Positions 1 through 9,382 of a stretch of 64,000 nt of DNA are shown here, in pieces. The stretch is from a virus (lineage: Duplodnaviria; Heunggongvirae; Uroviricota; Caudoviricetes). The notes beneath the pieces were generated by a model that ran no database searches, was not told the origin of the DNA, and was given only the letters and a program-made list of their open reading frames with translations. Position 1 is the first letter of the stretch. Every line of letters begins with the position of its first letter. The stretch spans positions 202,836 to 266,835 of the IMG/VR virus record IMGVR_UViG_3300001336_000001, one strand, 5' to 3'. The position numbers and the translations under genes were made by a program.

Positions 1-2
1 TT

Positions 3-1349
3 TGTTGCGTTATAGTTTTTAAGTATTTCTTCATCAGTCAACGCTGTGTTATAAACTTGGCAGGAAAAAATATCTCCTATAAAAGGATTAGTATATCCGT
101 CTCCTATTATAATATCTGAAGAGCCATTTGCTGTAGAAACATACCCTCCAGCATTTTGAGTGCTAATTAGCTGTCCATTTTTATACCATTTACATGCATT
201 TGTAGACTGGTCTCTTGTCACTGATATAAACGCCAACTCATCTATGCCAACTGTAAATGTAGAACCTCTACCCACATATGGTGTACTATTACCTCCATTT
301 GTCCCAAAATAATAATTTATAGTTCCATTAGTTTCGTGTGTTAAAGTACCACTTCCTCCATAGGCTTGATTATAAGGGTTTCTTCTCAAACTATTTGCTC
401 CAGTTCCTGGTTTTAACCACATACAGATTGTCTGAGCGCTAGAAAAGTCCATGGAACTTGCATCAAATGGTATTCGAATAGAATCATTTGCACCATCAAA
501 TTTTAAACTACCTTTATTTTCTAATTCAAAAGTGGGGCCATTTATAAAATTTCCGTTATTTCCATTATTAGACAAATCGAAGGAAATGTCAGTTCTATTA
601 TTTAATAAATCATCAAGACTAGGTTCACTACCATCTACTATATCTAATCTGGGATATACAGAATGATGTATTACCATATCTGTCACAGTAGCATTAGGTT
701 GGTAAACAGCTAGAGTTCTACTTCTAGCTGTAGTTGTTTCAGCTCTCCATACATAATCAGCCCTTGAAATATTTGATATTTTACCGCTGTTTATCGTATA
801 TAATCCACTATCAACATGATTACTTCCAGTGCCACTACCTTCTGGCCATACATGACCTACTACTAAAACCCACTCATTAAGCGGTAGCTGTGAACTAGTT
901 GGTACAGCACTAGAAAACGTAAAATATGGATTTGTTTCATTATTTCCAGTATCTCTGTTCAAAACTCCATTAGTAGAACCATATCCATTTAACCCAGCAT
1001 AATATCTAGCAAAAGTTGCATCACCATTACTTACTCTACGTTCCCACCAGCTCATTCTGTACATTTTTGTATTATCAATAGATATTGGTGTCATATATAT
1101 ACCTCCACCTTTCGTAGAGCCTGCCACATTATAAGACTCCCATACAACGACCTGATTACCCCAAGGGTCATCTGAAATTAAACGCCTATTTCGGGTGCTA
1201 AAAGCCCCAAATGAGCCTATACCACCAGTTTGACCATTCTCCCATATAGTATAATTATATATTCGGTCTCTAAATTTAATAGATTTTGTATTAGCGGCAT
1301 CAAAATAAAATACTAGCCCATTTTTTATGTTATCTGGTCCTGTTATCAT
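3..1349 (-). CDS. LamG/concanavalin A-like virion protein with a large inserted domain (runs off the window edge; missing from the ORF track)
   Basis: Manual translation from ATG at 1349, which overlaps the upstream gene's TGA (ATGA): MITGPDNIKNGLVFYFDAANTKS...DLSNNGNNGNFINGPTF...LKFDGAND...VYNTALTDEEILKNYNATK. Both ends parallel the 1346..2041 protein. Confidence 0.85.
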   Translation of the reverse strand, partial: MITGPDNIKNGLVFYFDAANTKSIKFRDRIYNYTIWENGQTGGIGSFGAFSTRNRRLISDDPWGNQVVVWESYNVAGSTKGGGIYMTPISIDNTKMYRMSWWERRVSNGDATFARYYAGLNGYGSTNGVLNRDTGNNETNPYFTFSSAVPTSSQLPLNEWVLVVGHVWPEGSGTGSNHVDSGLYTINSGKISNISRADYVWRAETTTARSRTLAVYQPNATVTDMVIHHSVYPRLDIVDGSEPSLDDLLNNRTDISFDLSNNGNNGNFINGPTFELENKGSLKFDGANDSIRIPFDASSMDFSSAQTICMWLKPGTGANSLRRNPYNQAYGGSGTLTHETNGTINYYFGTNGGNSTPYVGRGSTFTVGIDELAFISVTRDQSTNACKWYKNGQLISTQNAGGYVSTANGSSDIIIGDGYTNPFIGDIFSCQVYNTALTDEEILKNYNAT

Positions 1350-2041
1350 AATCCAAATCTTGATTTTGTTGTGTTATAATTTTGTAGAACTTCTTCAGCA
1401 GTCAATGCTCTTTCATATATCATTGCATTAGACACTTTGCCATCTAAATACCTAGTACCACCTATTGTAACATTCCCTGTTCTAACACGTATTGGAGATG
1501 AAGCAAAAAGAGTTGTGCTAAATAATACACCATTAATATATAGTGTTAACCTACCACCATCGTATGTTCCTGTAAAATTTGTCCATAAACCATCATATGT
1601 AGCAGCAACAGCAGCGGACACTACTATTTGTCGTCTAACATTAGAATCATTTACGATTTCCAAAAAAATTCTACCTTCATATGTTATACTAATAAAATAA
1701 GAAGCATTTGACCCACCAAAACTAACACCCTTTGTTATTATATCTGAAAATACACCACGATTATAAAGTGGAATATTTACCCATGTCGATAATGTAATAC
1801 CAGCTGTTATATTTAAAGAGTCTGGATTTCCTAAAGTAACATAGTCATCTACACCATCAAACGAAATAACACCTTTTGATTCCGAATCTAAAGTAGGTCC
1901 ATTTGTAAGAACTCCATTATTATTATAGTCTGTTAAATCGAACCACACAGTTCCACTTCCTGGGTAGGATTTTGGATTTGCTGCATCTAAATATAGTGCT
2001 AAATCATCTGTAATTATTTTTGGCCCTCTATAAAATCCCAT
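1346..2041 (-). CDS. LamG/concanavalin A-like jelly-roll virion protein
   Basis: Motifs LYLDAANPKSYPGSGTVWFDL, FDGVDDYV, ITLSTWV, GTYDG..LYING, IYERALTAEEVLQNYN. Confidence 0.85.
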   Translation of the reverse strand: MGFYRGPKIITDDLALYLDAANPKSYPGSGTVWFDLTDYNNNGVLTNGPTLDSESKGVISFDGVDDYVTLGNPDSLNITAGITLSTWVNIPLYNRGVFSDIITKGVSFGGSNASYFISITYEGRIFLEIVNDSNVRRQIVVSAAVAATYDGLWTNFTGTYDGGRLTLYINGVLFSTTLFASSPIRVRTGNVTIGGTRYLDGKVSNAMIYERALTAEEVLQNYNTTKSRFGL

Positions 2042-2043
2042 AA

Positions 2044-5000
2044 TTAAATAATTCTAACGCCTGTTTTAATTGTCCAAGTACCTCCACCTGCGACAATATC
2101 TCCTAGTAACCTAACATCACCTGAAGAAATATCAACACTAAATGAAACATTAGATGTAGAACTGCCTAAATCCGCAGTAGAAGTATCTGTGAACTCAACA
2201 TTTGTACCATCCCAAACAGCTATAACAGTACCTGCTCGAAGTGTAGTTCCGCTCATTACATAATAATCAAAATAAGCAGCTTGACCTAACGTAGAATCAA
2301 AAGTGGTACACACATTTGTTCCAGCCACTAACCCAATATTAATTGACGTATTCATCAATAGTGAACCATCAATTTGAACTCTATCATCAGAATTAACTGT
2401 TAAAATAGGGATACCAGATATGTCATTAACTGAGAATATATCTCCTATTAAATTGTCATCAACTGAGAATAATTGACCTGATGAACCAACAACATTAAAC
2501 AAAGTAGCCCCTGATGTTGTACCACTAATTTCTACATCTCCGTGAACATCTAGCTTTGCATCTGGACTTGTTGTCCCAATACCAACATTAGTACCGTTAT
2601 TAAATATATTTGATGAGTTCAAGACCCAAGAAGAACCATTCCAAAATGGTGTATTACCTGCTACTAAACCTGGTGATAAAAAGCCTGAAGTTCCCGATGA
2701 ACCGCTCGTCCCATCAACACCCGATGTTCCAGAAGAACCGCTTGCTCCTGAAGAGCCAGAGGTTCCATCAACACCACTCGTTCCTGAAGAGCCACTTGTT
2801 CCTGAAGAGCCACTTGTTCCATCAACACCCGATGTTCCAGAAGAACCGCTTGCTCCTGAAGAGCCAGAGGTCCCAGAAGAACCACTCGTTCCAGACGTAC
2901 CATTAACACCAGATGTTCCACCTGAACCACCTGTTCCATTTGTACCATCAATACCTGAAGTGCCACCTGTTCCATTTGTACCATTTATACCCGAAGTTCC
3001 ATCAACTCCTGAAGTTCCACCACTACCTGATGTTCCTGATGTTCCACCACTACCAGAAGTTCCTGAAGAGCCTGATGTACCATTAATTCCCGATATTCCT
3101 GATGTACCATTAACACCTGAAGTTCCGTTTATACCACTCGTACCATTAACACCAGAGGTACCACCACTACCAGAAGTACCCGATGTACCATTTATGCCTG
3201 ATGTACCTGAAGTTCCGTTTATACCACTAGTTCCAGAACTACCACTAGTCCCAGAACTACCTGAGGTACCACCACTTCCTGATGTTCCACTAGTTCCACT
3301 TGTACCTCCACTTCCCGAAGTCCCTGAAGAACCTGAAGAGCCTCCTGAACCACTTGTACCTGATGTACCACCACTACCTGATGTACCTGAAGTTCCATTT
3401 ACGCCAGATGTACCTCCACTACCAGATGTACCCCCGCTTCCTGATGAACCACTAGTCCCACTTATACCATCAATACCTGATGTACCTGAAGAACCACCAC
3501 TACCCGAAGAACCTGAAGTTCCCGAAGTACCACCAATTCCATTTGTGCCATCTATTCCTGATGTCCCACCACTACCTGAAGTTCCTGAAGTACCTCCTGA
3601 ACCACTTGTTCCAGATGTTCCACCTGAACCACTAGTACCTGATGTACCAGATGTACCATCTATTCCAGACGTACCTCCGCTACCTGATGTGCCTGAAGTA
3701 CCATTTATACCTGATGTACCGCCAGAACCCCCTGTTCCAGAAGTTCCCCCACTTCCTGAAGTGCCTGATGTCCCATCTATACCTGAAGAACCACCACTGC
3801 CTGAAGTACCCGAAGTACCTGATGTACCACTACTACCCGAACTACCCCCTACACCACTAGTACCACCGCTACCTGAAGTCCCAGACGTACCACCTGTTCC
3901 GTTTGTTCCATCTATACCTGACGTACCACCGCTACCTGAAGTACCATTAACACCCGATGTCCCTCCACTACCTGAAGTACCACTATTTCCTGAAGTTCCT
4001 GAAGTACCGCCAGAACCAGAAGTTCCGTTAACACCAGATGTACCGTTGATTCCAGATGTTCCGCCAGAGCCGCTTGTTCCTCTAGTCCCAGAAGTACCAC
4101 CACTACCCGATGTTCCTGACGTACCATTAACACCAGATGTACCATTAACCCCCGAAGTACCATTAACTCCGCTTGTACCACCAGAGCCACTTGTTCCAGA
4201 TGTTCCAGAAGTTCCGTTAACTCCAGAAGTTCCATTTACACCACTACTACCAGATGTGCCTGATGTACCACCAGAGCCAGATGTTCCTGAAGTACCCCCA
4301 CTTCCTGACGTTCCATTAACACCAGATGTACCTCCAGAGCCAGAAGTACCTGAAGTCCCCCCACTTCCAGAAGTGCCTGATGTACCTCCTGAACCACTTG
4401 TTCCAGACGAACCTCCACTGCCAGAAGTCCCACTTGTACCATTTACCCCTGAAGTTCCACCACTTCCTGATGTACCACTTGAACCACTTGTTCCACTTGT
4501 ACCACCACTACCCGAAGTGCCAGATGAACCTGATGTTCCACTAGAACCTGATGTTCCACTAGAACCTGATGTTCCACCACTACCAGAAGTTCCATCTATT
4601 CCCGAAGTACCATCAACACCTGAAGTGCCCGAAGTTCCATTTACACCAGATGTGCCTCCACTTCCTGATGTTCCTGATGTACCATTAATTCCTGATGTAC
4701 CATTAATTCCTGATGTACCACCACTTCCCGAAGTTCCATCAATACCCGAAGTTCCACTAGTACCCCCGCTACCAGATGTTCCATTTATACCTGATGTACC
4801 ACCAGTTCCGTTTGCGCCATCTATTCCTGATGTACCTGAAGAACCACCACTACCCGAAGAACCTGATGTACCGCCTGTTCCGTTTGTTCCATCAACTCCA
4901 GAAGTTCCAGAAGAACCATCAACACCACTCGTTCCTGAAGAACCGCTTGTTCCTGAAGAACCAGAAGTTCCATCTATACCTGATGTTCCCGAAGAACCTG

Positions 5001-8000
5001 AAGAGCCGTCTGAACCACTTGTACCTGATGTACCACCAGTTCCATTTGTACCATCTATGCCTGATGTACCGCCTGTTCCGTTTGTTCCGTCAATACCTGA
5101 TGTACCGCCTGTTCCATTTGTTCCATCTATTCCTGAAGTACCATTTAACCCATTTGTTCCATCAATTCCTGAACTACCACTTGTACCTGAAGTTCCGTTA
5201 ACACCACTAGTCCCATCTATTCCTGATGTACCGCTACTTCCTGAAGTTCCATCAATACCCGAAGTCCCATCAATACCCGAAGAACCACTACTTCCTGATG
5301 TTCCTGATGTACCACTAGTTCCATTCGTACCGTCTATTGCTGATGTTCCTGATGTACCACTTGCACCACTACTACCAGACGAACCACCTGTTCCATTAGT
5401 TCCATTAACACCTGATGTACCACCACTTCCCGAAGTCCCCGATGTCCCATCAGTCCCGTTTGTTCCATCAATACCCGAACTACCACCAGTTCCGTTGGTA
5501 CCATCTATACCTGAAGTTCCTGAAGAACCCCCCGTTCCATTTGTTCCATCAATACCCGATGAACCACTAGTACCGTCTATACCACTTGTACCATCTATTC
5601 CTGAAGTTCCACTACTACCACCAGTACCATTTGTCCCATTAACACCTGATGTTCCTGAAGAACCACCCGTACCACTAGTTCCATTATTTCCTGAACTACC
5701 ACTTGTACCTGAAGTTCCTGATGTACCACTTGAACCACTTGTACCCGAAGTCCCGTTAACACCACTAGTTCCTGATGAACCTGATGTGCCACCAGTCCCG
5801 TTTGTCCCGTCTATTCCCGATGTACCTCCACTACCTGAAGTACCTGATGTTCCACCAGTACCACTTGTACCATCTATTCCTGATGTACCTGAAGAACCAC
5901 CACTACCCGAAGAACCTGATGTACCGCCTGTTCCGTTTGTTCCATTTATACCTGATGTTCCAGAAGTTCCTGAAGAACCATCAACTCCAGAAGTTCCTGA
6001 AGAACCATCTATACCTGATGTTCCCGAAGACCCACTTGTCCCCGAACTACCTGAAGTTCCATCAACACCACTCGTTCCTGAAGAGCCGCTTGTTCCAGAA
6101 GAACCGCTTGTTCCATCTATACCTGATGTTCCAGAAGAACCACTTGTGCCTGAAGTTCCTCCACTACCTGAAGTACCTGATGTCCCATCTATACCTGATG
6201 TACCACCACTGCCTGAAGTACCCGAACTACCCCCTAAACCACTAGTACCACCGCTACCTGAAGTCCCAGACGTACCACCTGTTCCGTTTGTTCCATTTAT
6301 ACCTGACGTACCACCGCTACCTGATGTGCCTGAAGTACCATTTATACCTGATGCACCATTTATACCTGAAGTACCACTTGTGCCTCCACTTCCAGATGTA
6401 CCATTAACTCCAGAGGTACCGCCTGAACCACTTGTACCTGAAGAACCACCACTACCTGAAGTTCCTGATGTACCATTAACACCACTTGTACCATTAACAC
6501 CACTTGTACCATTAACACCTGACGTACCTGAACTACCACCACTACCCGAAGTGCCAGATGAACCTGATGTTCCACTAGAACCTGAAGAGCCGCCTGAACC
6601 ACTTGTACCTGATGTTCCACCACTACCAGAAGTTCCATTTACACCTGATGTACCACCACTACCAGAAGTTCCATTTACACCTGATGTACCACCACTACCT
6701 GATGTTCCTGATGTACCACTACTACCTGATGTTCCCGAAGTTCCAGAAGAACCACTACTACCTCCAGTGCCACTTGTCCCATCTACACCACTAGTACCAC
6801 CGCTACCCGAAGTCCCAGAAGTCCCCCCAGAACCACTTGTTCCTCCACTACCTGATGTACCACTAGAACCTGAAGAACCTCCTGTACCACTTGTGCCATC
6901 AATACCTGATGTACCTGAAGAGCCAGAAGTTCCACCACTTCCAGATGTGCCAGAAGTACCACTACTACCACTTGTACCATTAACACCTGATGTTCCTGAA
7001 GAACCTCCAGTTCCATCTACACCTGATGTACCCCCTGAACCACTTGTTCCTGAAGTCCCTGAAGAACCACTTGTCCCTGATGAACCGCTAGAGCCAGATG
7101 TCCCACTAGAACCACCACTACCAGAAGCGCCTGATGTGCCTCCACTACCTGATGTACCACCTGAACCACTTGTACCTGATGAACCACTACTCCCTGAAGT
7201 TCCTGATGTACCACCACTACCCGAAGTTCCGCTAGTACCATTAACACCCGATGTACCACCCGAACCACTAGTCCCACTTGAGCCACCACTTCCTGAAGTC
7301 CCTCCAGAGCCAGATGTCCCACTAGAACCTCCTGAACCACTTGTGCCTGAAGTTCCTGATGAACCTGAAGAACCACCGCTACCTGAAGTACCATTAACAC
7401 CAGATGTTCCACCTGAACCGCTTGTTCCAGACGTACCATTAACACCAGATGTACCATTAATACCTGAAGTACCATTAACACCAGATGTTCCACCACTTCC
7501 TGATGTTCCATTAATTCCTGATGTACCACTTGTGCCTCCACTTCCAGATGTACCATTAACACCAGATGTACCATTAATACCTGAAGTACCATTAACACCA
7601 GATGTTCCTGATGTACCATTAACACCACTTGTACCATTAACACCTGACGTACCTGAACTACCACCACTACCCGAAGTGCCAGAAGAACCACTACTACCAC
7701 CAGTTCCATTTGTACCATCTATGCCTGATGTTCCACCACTACCACTTGTTCCATCAATACCAGATGTACCACCTGTTCCGTTTGTTCCTGAAGAACCCGA
7801 TGTTCCAGACGAACCAGATGTACCTCCTGTTCCGTTTGTTCCATCAACACCTGATGTACCTCCACTACCAGAAGTGCCTGATGAACCAGAAGAACCTGAT
7901 GTACCCGAAGTACCACCAGAGCCAGAAGTGCCTGATGTACCTCCACTTCCAGATGTACCTCCAGAACCACTTGTGCCTGAAGTTCCTCCACTACCTGAAG

Positions 8001-9156
8001 TACCACTAGAGCCACCGCTTCCTGAGGTGCCTGATGTTCCTGATGAACCTCCAGAACCAGATGTACCACTAGAACCTCCTGAACCAGAAGTTCCTGAAGT
8101 GCCAGCATCAGTTCTACTCTCAACTTGACCCGTAGTAGTGTTTACAACTAAAACTTGGTTAGATGTACTACCACTCGGTACATCCAATATATGTATAGTA
8201 TTTGTATTAGTATCACCAGTAACAATTAAGTCACCACTTACTGTATAATCACCATTTAAAATCTTTGTGTATTCCCATACACTATTAGTTGAATTAAATG
8301 ATATTAAGTCGCCATTTGTTTCGCCACTGGTTTGTAAATTATGTAAATCATTTAATTTTTTACCTAAATCAGGTCTTACGAATATTGAACCGTTAGCATC
8401 AGCTTTAATAACTAAAGCCATCTCTATTTTAAGATTTGGTTCGATAGGTTCAAATTTAGTTAAACCACCTGCTATTGTTGGTGAAACATATAAAATATCA
8501 CCATCAACCCAAGTTTCACCATATAATGAACCAGTAGTATCTATATTTCTAACTAAACCAAAATTAGTAACATAACCATCATCACCATTATCAATATCTT
8601 GTGTCACAATACCCATTGTAAAATAATAAGGTATTGTATCGTCAGCAATCATGTAGTCAGCTAATATCCTACCAGAATTACCCAAAGTACCAGCCGCTCT
8701 TATTACTTTACCGTTATCTAATTGAGAACCAGTTTGGTTTTTAACTAAAAAATATTGTTCTAATCCTATTTGTTGGGTAACTTCACCATTGTTACCCATA
8801 CCTATTTCTAAAGTACCATCATCAACAGACCAATTAAGTCTACCAATTACATGTTGTGAGTTACCAGAATAATTTGTGTTAAAATCTATATAATCAACAT
8901 CAGAAATTGTATTAACAGTCAACCCACTATTAATAGTCACAGCCCCGTCAACAGTACCACCAGATATTATAGATAATCTATCCCAACCTATTTGTCTAAC
9001 TTCTTGAGGAGCTGTATCACCCGATGTGTATATAGTGTACATCTTAGCGTCAGCTGTATTTAACGCAACCTCGCCTGTTGTTAACCCACTTAATGGTGGT
9101 ATTTTATTAGGTACATTCGACCTCTTTAAAAGGAACGTATTCTTTCTATTTGCCAT
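2044..9156 (-). CDS. Giant fibre-like virion protein: Mtd_N-like N-terminus, ~1800-aa Gly-X-Y (Ser/Thr-rich) repeat, C-terminal NVGIGT beta-repeat and globular domain
   Basis: 2370-aa ORF with non-repetitive termini (LKRSNVPNKIP..L..GEVALNTAD; NVGIGTTSPDAKLDVHG), an upstream late-promoter motif and fibre-gene context. Confidence 0.85.
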   Translation of the reverse strand: MANRKNTFLLKRSNVPNKIPPLSGLTTGEVALNTADAKMYTIYTSGDTAPQEVRQIGWDRLSIISGGTVDGAVTINSGLTVNTISDVDYIDFNTNYSGNSQHVIGRLNWSVDDGTLEIGMGNNGEVTQQIGLEQYFLVKNQTGSQLDNGKVIRAAGTLGNSGRILADYMIADDTIPYYFTMGIVTQDIDNGDDGYVTNFGLVRNIDTTGSLYGETWVDGDILYVSPTIAGGLTKFEPIEPNLKIEMALVIKADANGSIFVRPDLGKKLNDLHNLQTSGETNGDLISFNSTNSVWEYTKILNGDYTVSGDLIVTGDTNTNTIHILDVPSGSTSNQVLVVNTTTGQVESRTDAGTSGTSGSGGSSGTSGSGGSSGTSGTSGSGGSSGTSGSGGTSGTSGSGGTSGSGGTSGTSGSGGTSGTSGSSGSSGTSGSGGTSGVDGTNGTGGTSGSSGTSGSSGTNGTGGTSGIDGTSGSGGTSGIDGTNGTGGSSGSSGTSGSGGSSGTSGVNGTSGVNGTSGTSGVNGTSGINGTSGVNGTSGSGGTSGTSGINGTSGSGGTSGVNGTSGINGTSGVNGTSGTSGSGGTSGVNGTSGSGGSSGSSGTSGTSGSGGSSGTSGSGGTSGSGGSSGTSGSGGTSGVNGTSGTSGSGGTSGTSGSSGSSGTSGSGGTSGSGGTSGASGSGGSSGTSGSSGSSGTSGSSGTSGTSGSGGTSGVDGTGGSSGTSGVNGTSGSSGTSGTSGSGGTSGSSGTSGIDGTSGTGGSSGSSGTSGSGGTSGSGGTSGTSGSGGTSGVDGTSGTGGSSGSSGTSGTSGSSGTSGTSGSGGTSGVNGTSGSGGTSGVNGTSGSGGTSGTSGSGGSSGSSGTSGSSGTSGSGGSSGTSGVNGTSGVNGTSGVNGTSGTSGSGGSSGTSGSGGTSGVNGTSGSGGTSGTSGINGASGINGTSGTSGSGGTSGINGTNGTGGTSGTSGSGGTSGLGGSSGTSGSGGTSGIDGTSGTSGSGGTSGTSGSSGTSGIDGTSGSSGTSGSSGTSGVDGTSGSSGTSGSSGTSGIDGSSGTSGVDGSSGTSGTSGINGTNGTGGTSGSSGSGGSSGTSGIDGTSGTGGTSGTSGSGGTSGIDGTNGTGGTSGSSGTSGVNGTSGTSGSSGTSGTSGTSGSSGNNGTSGTGGSSGTSGVNGTNGTGGSSGTSGIDGTSGIDGTSGSSGIDGTNGTGGSSGTSGIDGTNGTGGSSGIDGTNGTDGTSGTSGSGGTSGVNGTNGTGGSSGSSGASGTSGTSAIDGTNGTSGTSGTSGSSGSSGIDGTSGIDGTSGSSGTSGIDGTSGVNGTSGTSGSSGIDGTNGLNGTSGIDGTNGTGGTSGIDGTNGTGGTSGIDGTNGTGGTSGTSGSDGSSGSSGTSGIDGTSGSSGTSGSSGTSGVDGSSGTSGVDGTNGTGGTSGSSGSGGSSGTSGIDGANGTGGTSGINGTSGSGGTSGTSGIDGTSGSGGTSGINGTSGINGTSGTSGSGGTSGVNGTSGTSGVDGTSGIDGTSGSGGTSGSSGTSGSSGTSGSSGTSGSGGTSGTSGSSGTSGSGGTSGVNGTSGTSGSGGSSGTSGSGGTSGTSGSGGTSGTSGSGGTSGVNGTSGSGGTSGTSGSGGTSGTSGSSGVNGTSGVNGTSGTSGTSGSGGTSGVNGTSGVNGTSGVNGTSGTSGSGGTSGTRGTSGSGGTSGINGTSGVNGTSGSGGTSGTSGNSGTSGSGGTSGVNGTSGSGGTSGIDGTNGTGGTSGTSGSGGTSGVGGSSGSSGTSGTSGTSGSGGSSGIDGTSGTSGSGGTSGTGGSGGTSGINGTSGTSGSGGTSGIDGTSGTSGTSGSGGTSGTSGSGGTSGTSGSGGTSGIDGTNGIGGTSGTSGSSGSGGSSGTSGIDGISGTSGSSGSGGTSGSGGTSGVNGTSGTSGSGGTSGTSGSGGSSGSSGTSGSGGTSGTSGTSGSGGTSGSSGTSGSSGTSGINGTSGTSGINGTSGTSGSGGTSGVNGTSGINGTSGVNGTSGISGINGTSGSSGTSGSGGTSGTSGSGGTSGVDGTSGINGTNGTGGTSGIDGTNGTGGSGGTSGVNGTSGTSGSSGTSGSSGASGSSGTSGVDGTSGSSGTSGSSGTSGVDGTSGSSGASGSSGTSGVDGTSGSSGTSGFLSPGLVAGNTPFWNGSSWVLNSSNIFNNGTNVGIGTTSPDAKLDVHGDVEISGTTSGATLFNVVGSSGQLFSVDDNLIGDIFSVNDISGIPILTVNSDDRVQIDGSLLMNTSINIGLVAGTNVCTTFDSTLGQAAYFDYYVMSGTTLRAGTVIAVWDGTNVEFTDTSTADLGSSTSNVSFSVDISSGDVRLLGDIVAGGGTWTIKTGVRII
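2683..8103 (-). repeat. Gly-X-Y coding repeat (GTS/GSS/GSG/GVN/GID/GTN), residues 352-2158
   Basis: First and last Gly are 1806 residues apart (602 triplets), consistent with an unbroken register. One Gly-to-Ala exception seen (GTSAIDGTN). No Pro. Confidence 0.95.
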
Positions 9157-9230
9157 ATTTATGACTATTAATATTTTAACCTTATTTAAGGTATTTTATG
9201 TGAATTGTAAAGATTATATAACCTACCTAA

Positions 9231-9238
9231 ATAAATAT
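9231..9238 (-). promoter_or_regulatory. Putative late promoter ATATTTAT upstream of the giant fibre gene
   Basis: The same octamer lies upstream of about 15 structural or late genes. Confidence 0.6.
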
Positions 9239-9311
9239 GTTAAGCAAACAAAAAAAGAGGAGTAAATTCCTTTTTTTTATAAGTTATTATTTTAAATTTT
9301 ATTATAATAAA

Positions 9312-9335
9312 AAAGGATGGGGAAACCCATCCTTT
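9312..9335 (-). terminator. Intrinsic terminator after the 657-aa fibre gene
   Basis: AAAGGATGGG-gaaa-CCCATCCTTT perfect stem with a T-run on the minus strand. Confidence 0.8.
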
Positions 9336-9382
9336 AATAAATATATAGTTTTTTGAAAAAGTAGTAAGTACCACGGACAACA

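Noticed and set aside
2683-8103. Possible CRISPR array or DNA satellite
   Set aside because: 9-nt periodicity with synonymous variation shows protein-level selection; there is no repeat-spacer structure
2960-8128. 1722-aa Pro/Val/Glu-rich ORF on the plus strand, plus many short off-frame ORFs in 2610-8123
   Set aside because: Antisense shadow of the Gly-X-Y repeat: its limits coincide with the repeat, and it has no promoter or globular domain
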